Virus record (IMG/VR): IMGVR_UViG_3300022927_000007
DNA length: 64,000 bases
Reading direction: 5' to 3' (one strand)
Source: an uncultured virus (IMG/VR IMGVR_UViG_3300022927_000007)
Lineage: Duplodnaviria > Heunggongvirae > Uroviricota > Caudoviricetes
In this document: positions 38,665 through 47,484 of the stretch, one piece after another
How positions within the stretch are numbered: the first letter of the stretch is position 1
Layout of the letters: each line of letters begins with the position of its first letter
Translations under genes and position numbers: made by a program
Notes under the pieces: generated by a model
What the model was told of the DNA's origin: nothing
Seen by the model: the letters and a program-made list of their open reading frames with translations, nothing else
Databases searched by the model: none

Positions 38665-41205
38665 TTACGTCCTTGTATCAACTACTGTTGATTGGCCCGA
38701 TTCTATAGGTACAGTCGGTGTTAATGATGCTAATGGAACTATATCTCCGTTTCTCAATCTAGAGAAAAAGCCTCTTGCACTTGCAATACGTTGAGGTGTT
38801 TCTGCACTTTCATTACCGTATCCAACTGCATCTTCAAATGCCTGGCCTAATTGATTAAAATTATACATGTTCCAATTGCCGCCGCCTCTTTGAGGGAAGG
38901 TTTCTTTTAAGTACGCAACTGCAACTGCTGTAGCAATTTCTGGATCGTTTAAAAGATCAGGATTTTCGACAATTTCAGGATGTCTTGCCGCGCCGCCAAA
39001 ATGTCTGTAATTATCTTTAAATGTAAGCTGAATAAGTCCTCTACCGCGATATTTGTAACCTTCGTCTTCTGCGTTACCGTTACGGCCGCCATATAATGTG
39101 TTACCAATAGCTGCCGGTCCTGCGGCAGCAAGTTGTTGTGCAAATTCATCGCTTCGAACACGACTTGGAAATACTTGTCTTAAACGTCCAGCACTATAAT
39201 TTAAATTTTCGCTATGTGGTTCAAAGGTGCATTCTCTTTGAATCTGTGCCATTGCTGATGCAATTGCTTCGGCATTTCCTGGTGTTTGGCCAACAGCAAG
39301 TAATTCTGGATTTGCAGGATTAAGGCAAGTAGCCGGATCTAATCCAATTTCTTGTATTAATACATGTAAGAAATAACGTTGCATATCGTTAACATCTACA
39401 GGTTCTGCAGGTTGTTGTCCTATTGGTCCTGCTTGACCTGGAATTACTGTTTGTGGTGCAGGTACTCGTTGTCCTGTTTCAGGATCAATAACTGTTGACT
39501 GGTTAGCAACATTAGGTCCCGAAGTTGAAGTATACTGTGGTTGGTTTGCAGGACTATCAATTAGTGATTGAGCATCTCTACCTTGTCTCGATGGCGGAAG
39601 TCTAGCTTGACTTAGCCCAGGAGTGTGTCCTTCCGGATTTAAATTCTCATGTCCGTCCCAAGGTTCTCTCTGCGGAACGCGAACTGGTTGGGCGGCAGAT
39701 GCGGCAGTACTTGCAGTACTTGCACTGGTCGCTTCGTCAGCCTGCGTAGCAGGATTCGCGGCAGTGTTCATGTGAATTGCTGGAGCCGATTCTCTATGTT
39801 CGCTACCACTTAAAATACTTGTATTAAAGCCTGCGGTAAAGTTTGAATTACCCACTGATGCCATGTGTAAACTAGATTGTTTAAATTTCGCTGACGATCC
39901 AGTTAATACATCAAGTGTGGTTTGACTTGTAATGCTGTGTGCCCCTGCCACATTAATGTGTCCGTCTGCACCAACAAATATTTTAGATGTTGCACCAACA
40001 TAGAGGTCAAAGTTTGCACCAATATCTATTTTTCCATTTGTTCCTGCTTTAAGATCAAAATGATTGCCTGCGGTTGTTTTCCAGTCTCTACCAGCAGTAA
40101 TGTTTACATCTCGCATTGCTTTCATGTTGATATCTCTATCTGCATGTATGTTTACATCATTGGCAGTACGTAAGCTAATACTATCATCTGCATAAACATC
40201 AATTTTTCCGTTTGCAGTTAGTTCTATCCATGCACTGCCTTGAGCATTAGCAATATAAATTAGATCTTCTGTATTATGTAATAATATCTGATGACCGGTT
40301 CTAGTTCTTAATCTAATATGTTCATTGTACGGTAAAGTTTGGTTTGCTTGAGAAACATTTTCTGGAACAGCATTAATATCATAATACGTTGCTCCAACTG
40401 ATTTTGCAAATCCAGCACGTAAAACTGTAGGATCACCATCATCCATTACAATACTACTTCCGCCTAATCTACTGCGGAAATACTCAATCTGTTCCCCTGA
40501 TGGTCCGTATCGGCCTTTAGGTGCGCCATCTCTTTTGTCTAAAGGTCCTGGGGTGTTAATTCCAAATACCATACTAGGAACTTCTCGACGTGCTGTAGAG
40601 GACGTTAATCCTCTAGCTATATCATCAACAAGACCTTGCCTTGACAACACTTCTAACATCATTGGATTGTGTGGTTTTAAAAATTGTTCAGGATCATTTC
40701 CTTGATTGCCGTGAATTGCTTTATTATACTCACCTGTCGGTAACGGTCTGTTTTTAAATTCGTCTGTTAAATTAGCTTGAACAACTTTGTCTGACTTAGT
40801 TGTAGGAGTTCCACTTGGAACCATATAATTCATATATGGGTCTTGTACACATCCAATCCAATATCCTTGATTAGATTGTCCTTCTGCAAAGATAACTAAG
40901 ACTTTAGTACCTGGATCAGGTGGAACTGCCCAGAATCCGTAACTTTGTTGAGTACTGTAATAAGTGTCATTGCGCCTGTTACTAGTAACATCATTTACTC
41001 CATAAAACGGCATACAATAATCTACGGTATAAAGTTGCCCTGATTCGTTATCGGCATCTTGCCCCGAAGTTGTATTTGTAAGTAGTTGTACTTGTAATGC
41101 TCCACTTCTTTTAGGATCAAGATGACTAATTACTTTGGCTAAAAATGGGCCTGGCGGCATTGCTCTAGGTGGTGCGCCGCTCGTTCGTCTATGTTTATTA
41201 GTCAT
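38665..41205 (-). CDS. gp5: Baseplate central spike (gp5/VgrG-like) with C-terminal GH19 lysozyme/chitinase-like domain
   Basis: OB-fold (DP..SG.LQV, PPDPGTKVLVIF), RTRTGHQI, beta-helix repeats. C-terminal ENLNYS...YGGRNGN...YKYRGRGLIQLT..DNY. Confidence 0.8.
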   Translation of the reverse strand: MTNKHRRTSGAPPRAMPPGPFLAKVISHLDPKRSGALQVQLLTNTTSGQDADNESGQLYTVDYCMPFYGVNDVTSNRRNDTYYSTQQSYGFWAVPPDPGTKVLVIFAEGQSNQGYWIGCVQDPYMNYMVPSGTPTTKSDKVVQANLTDEFKNRPLPTGEYNKAIHGNQGNDPEQFLKPHNPMMLEVLSRQGLVDDIARGLTSSTARREVPSMVFGINTPGPLDKRDGAPKGRYGPSGEQIEYFRSRLGGSSIVMDDGDPTVLRAGFAKSVGATYYDINAVPENVSQANQTLPYNEHIRLRTRTGHQILLHNTEDLIYIANAQGSAWIELTANGKIDVYADDSISLRTANDVNIHADRDINMKAMRDVNITAGRDWKTTAGNHFDLKAGTNGKIDIGANFDLYVGATSKIFVGADGHINVAGAHSITSQTTLDVLTGSSAKFKQSSLHMASVGNSNFTAGFNTSILSGSEHRESAPAIHMNTAANPATQADEATSASTASTAASAAQPVRVPQREPWDGHENLNPEGHTPGLSQARLPPSRQGRDAQSLIDSPANQPQYTSTSGPNVANQSTVIDPETGQRVPAPQTVIPGQAGPIGQQPAEPVDVNDMQRYFLHVLIQEIGLDPATCLNPANPELLAVGQTPGNAEAIASAMAQIQRECTFEPHSENLNYSAGRLRQVFPSRVRSDEFAQQLAAAGPAAIGNTLYGGRNGNAEDEGYKYRGRGLIQLTFKDNYRHFGGAARHPEIVENPDLLNDPEIATAVAVAYLKETFPQRGGGNWNMYNFNQLGQAFEDAVGYGNESAETPQRIASARGFFSRLRNGDIVPLASLTPTVPIESGQSTVVDTRT

Positions 41206-44200
41206 TATAAACCGCCTCTAATTCTTCCTGATTGATCAACATCATTTACATTTATATTACGTTCTGGAACTGTTGTTTCGCTACTCTGTGTTGGCGAAGC
41301 ATCTACTCCTTGACTATTGGCAGGCGAATTTGAAGTTCTAGAATTAGAAGAATAATCAAAATAAACATCAAGTGGACTAAAGACTCCAGGTTGTACTGTA
41401 ACTGGAGGAGGAGGCGATGCTGGTTGATCTGTAGTGCTAGTAGTACCGTCGCCGGTTGTGGTCGTTGTTGTAGGTGTAGTACCTGCTGTGCTACCTGCTG
41501 TTGGATTATTAGATCCTGACGGTGTAGTACCTGCTGTTGGATTATTAGCAGGTCGTCTATTTTCATTTCTAGCAGTAGTAATCCTAGTAGCTTCGTCTAA
41601 GTTAGGAACTTCCCAATATTGGAGTACTCCGTCGCCGTTAACGTCTGCTCTAGCAAATGCAACTTCTTCCGGAGTTCCGTTGAGTTCTGCCTCTGCAATT
41701 CTTAATTCATGACGCTTTTCTTCTTCTAACATTGGATCAGTTACTTGTGCTCCAGATTTTGAATTTTGTTGATTTCTTCTTCGAACTGCTTGAATAGTTT
41801 GTGTAAACACATTACCGCTAAATCTATTTGTTACTTCAATAATTTTATATAATCCACTATAATCTTGTAATCCAATTGATGCACCGTCCATTAAATATCC
41901 GCCATTGTCAGGATCTAAATCAATTGGTGTTCTAAAGTTAATTATGATATCTACTTCACCGTTTTGGTAATTCATGGTTCCATCACTGTTAACATTAAAA
42001 TTTGGTGATGCTGTCGAATTATAGTTACCGGTTCCGCTATCTGCAATATAGAAAGGATCTCCTAAAACCTCTAATTCAATAGATATCAAATCGCCGCCAC
42101 TGTTTACTATTGCTTCGTTAAATGATCGTGCTAATCTTAATTGCGGGTCTTCAACTGTTGCGCCGCCAGTAGTAGTGTTCATGTTTTGAGGTTCTTCAAC
42201 TACTGTAGTACCATCACCTTGTGGTGTTCTTGAATTTCCTTGCAATGCAAGATTTGGTGGTGTAGATGTATTAGATTGTTCGCTTGGTTGATTTGATCCA
42301 CTTCTATTACCTCTATCAAGTGAAATTGACTCATAAAATGCATTATCAAATTTGATATCAAAATTTAGTACGTCAGTATTTTGACCTGTAAACATATAAT
42401 TATATACTTTAGGTGCTTGAGCATAAAGTTTATCGTATCCAGGAGGTACATCATTTGGCATTTGAAATGCACTTCGGTGAACCTGATATGGAACAACTCT
42501 ATACAAATAAATTCTAGGCATTCTTCCCATTACTCGTTCGGCAGCAGAATCATTAACTAGATATACTTGAGCTTCTATTTTAAACCAATCAATCATTCCG
42601 TCAGGACGATTAAGTTGCCGTGACACTGATTTTCCAAATTCGCTTAAAAGGACAAGTTCCTCTAGTATTTTTTGTAATTTTGTACCTGCTCTAAATGTAA
42701 TAGTTCTAAGTTTAGGATCAATAGTTACACTGCCTCGTTTTAATAATCCGGACTCTGGGTCCCATGCAAAGTTTGCAATACCAAACGGTGCTCTTCCCGA
42801 ACCTAGTGGACCTGTTGTCAAAATAGGTGCAAATCCAATTCTATTAGGTGAGACATCACGACCAGCAACTGTTGCTTTAATACTTTCACTTAATCTGCCT
42901 CGTCTTACTGAAAATCCTAATCTATCGTCAACAAACGCTCGTTGTTGTTCAATGATCCTAGCACCAAAATCTGAATTATCTTGCTGGTAACCTGCGGCAG
43001 ATGCTTCTGAGTCAATAGTTGCAATTGCTTCATTAATTGCATCATCGTCAAATTCTATCCTCTCTAATTCGCCGGTGGTTGCGGCACCAGCAATTAGTCT
43101 TCCGCTTGAAATTAAAGAGTCTAGTCTTGCGCTACTGCCGTCGCCTGGAAAGGCAATAATATATTCGTCAACTTCAGTTTTTTCTCTAGTTTCATTTCTT
43201 CTATTAAGAAGATGTGTATTCCAATGGGTAGCAATACTGTTTAATCCTGTTTGACATATTTCTTGCAAGGTTGATCCTGATACTGTCATATTAACAGGAA
43301 TACTTTGATTGGCATCTAAAAATGCATCATCGTTAAAAACTGAACATGTAATGTCATATTTGCTGCCTTCGCCGTTAACAGTAAAATTACAAGTTACAAG
43401 TTTTAAAGGGAACATTCTTCTTATCGGTTTACTGGGACTAACTTGATTTCCATCGTTGTCCCATCCTACAAAATCAAGTGTTAGCAAATAAGGAGCTTCT
43501 AGATAATTAGCGTATCCTGCATTTTTTGCGGCTAATTGCAATGTTTGTAAAAACTGTCCCATACTGTATGGTTCATATACTTGGAATGATAACCCATAAA
43601 AATTAGTCGATCTACTTCTTGGATTTGGAGCGACTGTAGTGTCGATATTAACTTCGTCAATATAATAGGCGCCGTTTACTTTATGATATTTTTCAGCATA
43701 TGTTTGTGGTTTTCCTAAAGGTGTTTTTCCAGACTTTAATACTACCTGTCCATTGTTTACGATTCCAGATCGTCTATATGTTTTGTCAGGAAAATTTAAT
43801 TCTTGTGGACTGATGCAACCTAAACCAAAAATACAATTCATAGATGCAAACTGCTCTAATTCATTTGTCATAGGTAAACTATGCGAACTGTAAAGTCCGC
43901 TACCAAATATGGCACCGAGTGCTTTACTCTTTGCAATATTTTTTACTGTTCCTATTACTGCTGAAGGATCAGTTGGTAATCCGTCGCCTAAATCATCTAG
44001 TGCATGCATATTAACTGCATCTCCTATAGAGGCAGCAATTTGCCGAGGTTGTGAAATTCCTTCAGGAAGTGCAGTTACGTTAGAACTAGTTTGTCCTACA
44101 CTTTGATATTGATCAATTAGATTAGCTAAGCCAGGCATACCTAACATGTTAGCAATTTCTTTAGCTTGTTCTGGATCGCCTTCTACTTGTGGAGCAAGTG

Positions 44201-44291
44201 ATTCTTGTCCTGGTGGTGTATATACTCCACCTAGTAACTCTCCGTTTGGTCCTGTTTTTATTGGCTGTCCTGACGGAAAAGTATATGGCAT
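41205..44291 (-). CDS. Baseplate hub-like (gp27-position) tail protein
   Basis: Lies between the gp53-like and gp5 genes; IELEVLGDP...SGLYKIIEVTNRF.G.FTQ hub-type C-terminal motif; low-complexity T/P/S tail. Confidence 0.6.
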   Translation of the reverse strand: MPYTFPSGQPIKTGPNGELLGGVYTPPGQESLAPQVEGDPEQAKEIANMLGMPGLANLIDQYQSVGQTSSNVTALPEGISQPRQIAASIGDAVNMHALDDLGDGLPTDPSAVIGTVKNIAKSKALGAIFGSGLYSSHSLPMTNELEQFASMNCIFGLGCISPQELNFPDKTYRRSGIVNNGQVVLKSGKTPLGKPQTYAEKYHKVNGAYYIDEVNIDTTVAPNPRSRSTNFYGLSFQVYEPYSMGQFLQTLQLAAKNAGYANYLEAPYLLTLDFVGWDNDGNQVSPSKPIRRMFPLKLVTCNFTVNGEGSKYDITCSVFNDDAFLDANQSIPVNMTVSGSTLQEICQTGLNSIATHWNTHLLNRRNETREKTEVDEYIIAFPGDGSSARLDSLISSGRLIAGAATTGELERIEFDDDAINEAIATIDSEASAAGYQQDNSDFGARIIEQQRAFVDDRLGFSVRRGRLSESIKATVAGRDVSPNRIGFAPILTTGPLGSGRAPFGIANFAWDPESGLLKRGSVTIDPKLRTITFRAGTKLQKILEELVLLSEFGKSVSRQLNRPDGMIDWFKIEAQVYLVNDSAAERVMGRMPRIYLYRVVPYQVHRSAFQMPNDVPPGYDKLYAQAPKVYNYMFTGQNTDVLNFDIKFDNAFYESISLDRGNRSGSNQPSEQSNTSTPPNLALQGNSRTPQGDGTTVVEEPQNMNTTTGGATVEDPQLRLARSFNEAIVNSGGDLISIELEVLGDPFYIADSGTGNYNSTASPNFNVNSDGTMNYQNGEVDIIINFRTPIDLDPDNGGYLMDGASIGLQDYSGLYKIIEVTNRFSGNVFTQTIQAVRRRNQQNSKSGAQVTDPMLEEEKRHELRIAEAELNGTPEEVAFARADVNGDGVLQYWEVPNLDEATRITTARNENRRPANNPTAGTTPSGSNNPTAGSTAGTTPTTTTTTGDGTTSTTDQPASPPPPVTVQPGVFSPLDVYFDYSSNSRTSNSPANSQGVDASPTQSSETTVPERNINVNDVDQSGRIRGGL

Positions 44292-44294
44292 TGT

Positions 44295-44585
44295 TTATGC
44301 TCCTAATGTTTCTTTAACGTGTTGCGGTGATGGTAGATATATTTGTACACCGGCTTTTAAATCATAAATTGGATCTTCGAGGACATTTAGATTACGTTGT
44401 GTAAAAATCCACCATAACGAATAATCTCCGTATAGATCATGTGCTAATAAATCTGGGCGGTTGTTATATTGAGGTTCAACTGTATACAATACATCGTCTG
44501 TGTATGCAGGAACAGGTCTGATATTCCAAATTCCAAGTGTTCCGTCAGGACCAATTGGAGTATCTTGATATGGATGGTTTGCCAT
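44295..44585 (-). CDS. gp53: Baseplate wedge protein, LysM-like (T4 gp53-like)
   Basis: RPDLLAHDLYGD..LWWIF..RN...DP. Confidence 0.75.
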   Translation of the reverse strand: MANHPYQDTPIGPDGTLGIWNIRPVPAYTDDVLYTVEPQYNNRPDLLAHDLYGDYSLWWIFTQRNLNVLEDPIYDLKAGVQIYLPSPQHVKETLGA

Positions 44586-45502
44586 TAAATATATCCTCTT
44601 CCGATATCGTGGCCGCCAACGAACATATTATAATTAAATTGTGTTTGTTTTTGTCTGCTGTAAATTGGTTGGCATGACACACTAAACTGTGATTCTGCTG
44701 GCGCCCAGCTTATTTCTTGGGCGGCGCTTAATGATTGGCCTTTTAATCCTGTTGCAATGTAATCTACTTCAGGAGGCATATCAACAGAAAATGTTGTAAT
44801 AACTACTGGAACATTATTAAAGACATAGTCTCCGTATCCGTTTAGTTTTACAATTGGAGGTGGGCCGCCGGTTTCTGCAAATGTACCGTAATCCATTTTT
44901 GTTACTGATCTTAAATAATGCAAACACGCCATCCAGTACTGTGCTTCTAATTCATTTTGTACATAAAATTGTCCGGTTACAACAATCTCGTTCACACTTG
45001 AATTTCTATATGCATAAGCGGGATAATTAGTATGTACAGGTTCAACATTACTATAGTTTGCACTATGTTGCAAAAGTATTGTTGGCGTAAACGGAAAGAC
45101 CATACTATTTTTAGTAGATCTTAATAATTGAAACATTGGAGACTTAGAAAAAGCACTTGGAGTATTTGGTAACGATAACGAAACTCTCCAGTCTTTTTCT
45201 TCAACATTTCCACCTGTAGTAAACGATGCTTGGCCGCCTAAATTGCCGGCAGCATTACCAAGGGTAGAAGTTGGAATATTTTTAGAACGTAAAGCACTCA
45301 TGAAATTTAAAGAACTTCCTAGGCTGCCGCTGAATAATTGTTGTCCAATATCACGGACTTGGCCTACGAATCCATTGATTGATGTAGGAATACTACCAGT
45401 AAATGGATTTTGTCCTGGAGCATTTGTTCCTGTTGGAGGTACATTGACACCCATGTTTTTACCGTCTTTAGATATGATGCCGTCTTTGAAAAATGTTGCC
45501 AT
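44585..45502 (-). CDS. Baseplate tail-tube initiator/cap (gp48/gp54-like)
   Basis: FPFTP, PPPIVKL.GYG...NVPVVITTFSV tube-fold motifs; first gene of the baseplate block. Confidence 0.6.
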   Translation of the reverse strand: MATFFKDGIISKDGKNMGVNVPPTGTNAPGQNPFTGSIPTSINGFVGQVRDIGQQLFSGSLGSSLNFMSALRSKNIPTSTLGNAAGNLGGQASFTTGGNVEEKDWRVSLSLPNTPSAFSKSPMFQLLRSTKNSMVFPFTPTILLQHSANYSNVEPVHTNYPAYAYRNSSVNEIVVTGQFYVQNELEAQYWMACLHYLRSVTKMDYGTFAETGGPPPIVKLNGYGDYVFNNVPVVITTFSVDMPPEVDYIATGLKGQSLSAAQEISWAPAESQFSVSCQPIYSRQKQTQFNYNMFVGGHDIGRGYI

Positions 45503-45524
45503 ATTAATTGTCTCCTATATGCAT

Positions 45525-45530
45525 TATTTA
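45525..45530 (-). promoter_or_regulatory. Late-promoter-like TAAATA for the baseplate operon
   Basis: Upstream of the AGGAG Shine-Dalgarno and ATG at 45502. Confidence 0.55.
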
Positions 45531-45531
45531 G

Positions 45532-45560
45532 TTGACAAAGTTATGTACATAGTTTATAAT
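45532..45560 (+). promoter_or_regulatory. Consensus sigma70 promoter for gp55
   Basis: TTGACA-N17-TATAAT, a perfect match, followed by AGGAG and the ATG at 45584. Confidence 0.85.
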
Positions 45561-45583
45561 ATGACTAACAATCAGGAGAGTTC

Positions 45584-46414
45584 ATGAATAAAAGAGTAAA
45601 TTACCTCAACAATAAAGATATTTTAAAAGAAATACACAAATCAAAGAGTACATTCTGTAGTTTTACTGCACCCGAATACTCTCAATATGATGTTATTTTA
45701 CCTAGTGTAGATAAGATTAATATTCGTACTATTGCCGAAGCTAAAAGAGCACAAGCAAAAAGACTACAACAAGAAAATTTTGAAAAAGCTAAAGAAGCTG
45801 GACAAAAAAGAAAACTAGCTGAATTTGAAATCGATTATAAAAAGATAAAGAAAGAAGATTTAGTGTTTCGAATTATGACATTTGATCATGTTCCAGAAGA
45901 ACCAGGTCGTAAAAAGAATCCTAAAACTGTAGCAGACACTAAAGTTAAACTTAACTTTCCTCCGTTCCAACATTACAAATTTAACGAAAATGACGAACTA
46001 GTTTGTGTAGGAAAAAGTCACTGGGTTGGCGGAATGGAAAATGGTTACTTTGATAAAGATAGCGGTAAAGCAACAAATAAACTAGCATTAATGTGGATGA
46101 AATTATGTGATCGTTATGCTACTCGTGGTAATGTGCGCGGATATACCTATAACGACGAAATGCGTGGACAAGCTATCTTGCAATTAGCACAGATTGGCTT
46201 ACAGTTTGATGAGTCAAAATCAAACAATCCATTTGCCTACTATACAGCCGCAGTAACTAACTCATTTGTACGTGTTATCAACATTGAAAAGCGCAATCAA
46301 AACATTCGAGACGATATTCTTGAAATGAATGATATGAGTCCATCGTATACTAGACAATCACAAGGCGAATGGGAGAGAAACTTAGAAAGATCAAAAAATG
46401 ATGCATCAAAGTAA
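45584..46414 (+). CDS. gp55: Late-transcription sigma factor (T4 gp55-like)
   Basis: YLNNKD, GYTYNDEM...FDESKSNNPFAYYT...NSF. Confidence 0.85.
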   Translation: MNKRVNYLNNKDILKEIHKSKSTFCSFTAPEYSQYDVILPSVDKINIRTIAEAKRAQAKRLQQENFEKAKEAGQKRKLAEFEIDYKKIKKEDLVFRIMTFDHVPEEPGRKKNPKTVADTKVKLNFPPFQHYKFNENDELVCVGKSHWVGGMENGYFDKDSGKATNKLALMWMKLCDRYATRGNVRGYTYNDEMRGQAILQLAQIGLQFDESKSNNPFAYYTAAVTNSFVRVINIEKRNQNIRDDILEMNDMSPSYTRQSQGEWERNLERSKNDASK

Positions 46415-46423
46415 AAATATCGG

Positions 46424-46452
46424 TTGACCTTGTTACAAAACTCAGTTATAAT
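46424..46452 (+). promoter_or_regulatory. Sigma70-type promoter for gp47-gp46
   Basis: TTGACC-N17-TATAAT. Confidence 0.75.
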
Positions 46453-46472
46453 AACGAGAAGAGGATTAAAAT

Positions 46473-47483
46473 TTGTTTAAAAAAGCGGCAGTCTTTACTG
46501 ACATACATTTCGGCTTGAAAGGTAACAGCAAGGTTCACAACGACGATTGTGAAGAATTTGTAGATTGGTTTATCGAACAAGCAAAAGCTAACGGTTGTGA
46601 AACTGGCATTTTCTGCGGAGATTGGCATCATAATCGAAATAGCCTTAATCTAACAACTATGGATGCTACTATTCGCAGTTTAGAAAAACTAGGGGCGGCA
46701 TTTGATAAATTTTATATGTTTGTAGGCAATCACGATTTGTATTACAAAGATAAACGAGATGTAAGTTCTACAATCTTTGGTAGACACATTCCAGGCGTTA
46801 CATTAGTTGATGAGATTACTGAGTTTGATGATGTTGCACTTGTTCCTTGGCTAGTTGGCGAAGAATGGAAGAAGATTGAAAATATTAAATCTAAGTATAT
46901 GTTTGGTCACTTTGAACTTCCTAGTTTTTATATGAATGCTATGGTGCAGATGCCTGATCATGGCGACTTGCGGCCAAGTCACTTTCAACATCAAGAATAT
47001 GTGTTCAGTGGACATTTTCACAAACGTCAAGTACAAGGCAAAATTCATTACATAGGTAATGCATTTCCGCACAATTATGCTGATGCTGGCGATGACGAGC
47101 GAGGCATGATGATTCTTGATCGTGAAAACAACAAAGAACCCGAATATATCAATTGGTGGAATTGTCCTAAGTATCGCACAACTACACTAAGCAAACTATT
47201 AGATCCTAATTCAAATATTATTAAACCTAAAATGTATTTGAGAGTTACTATTGATTTACCTATTAGTTACGAAGAAGCACAGTTTATTAAAGAAACGTAT
47301 ATTTCACAACATGGTTGTAGAGAAATTACTCTTATTCCGCAAAAACAAATTGAAGAAATTACTACAGACTTAGATATTTCAACGTTTGAAACTGTTGACG
47401 AAATTGTATCTAAAGAAATTGCAGAATTAGACACTGAAAATTTTAACAAAAAGATGTTGTTAGACATCTATAACGAGCTATAA
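46473..47483 (+). CDS. gp47: Recombination endonuclease subunit (Mre11/SbcD-like)
   Basis: Metallophosphoesterase motifs DIHFG, GDW, GNHD, GHF, SGHFH; TTG start. Confidence 0.9.
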   Translation: MFKKAAVFTDIHFGLKGNSKVHNDDCEEFVDWFIEQAKANGCETGIFCGDWHHNRNSLNLTTMDATIRSLEKLGAAFDKFYMFVGNHDLYYKDKRDVSSTIFGRHIPGVTLVDEITEFDDVALVPWLVGEEWKKIENIKSKYMFGHFELPSFYMNAMVQMPDHGDLRPSHFQHQEYVFSGHFHKRQVQGKIHYIGNAFPHNYADAGDDERGMMILDRENNKEPEYINWWNCPKYRTTTLSKLLDPNSNIIKPKMYLRVTIDLPISYEEAQFIKETYISQHGCREITLIPQKQIEEITTDLDISTFETVDEIVSKEIAELDTENFNKKMLLDIYNEL

Positions 47484-47484
47484 A

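Noticed and set aside
1384..45587. Many short plus-strand ORFs opposite the structural and enzyme genes
   Set aside because: Nested antisense to well-supported genes, with no motifs or ribosome-binding sites.
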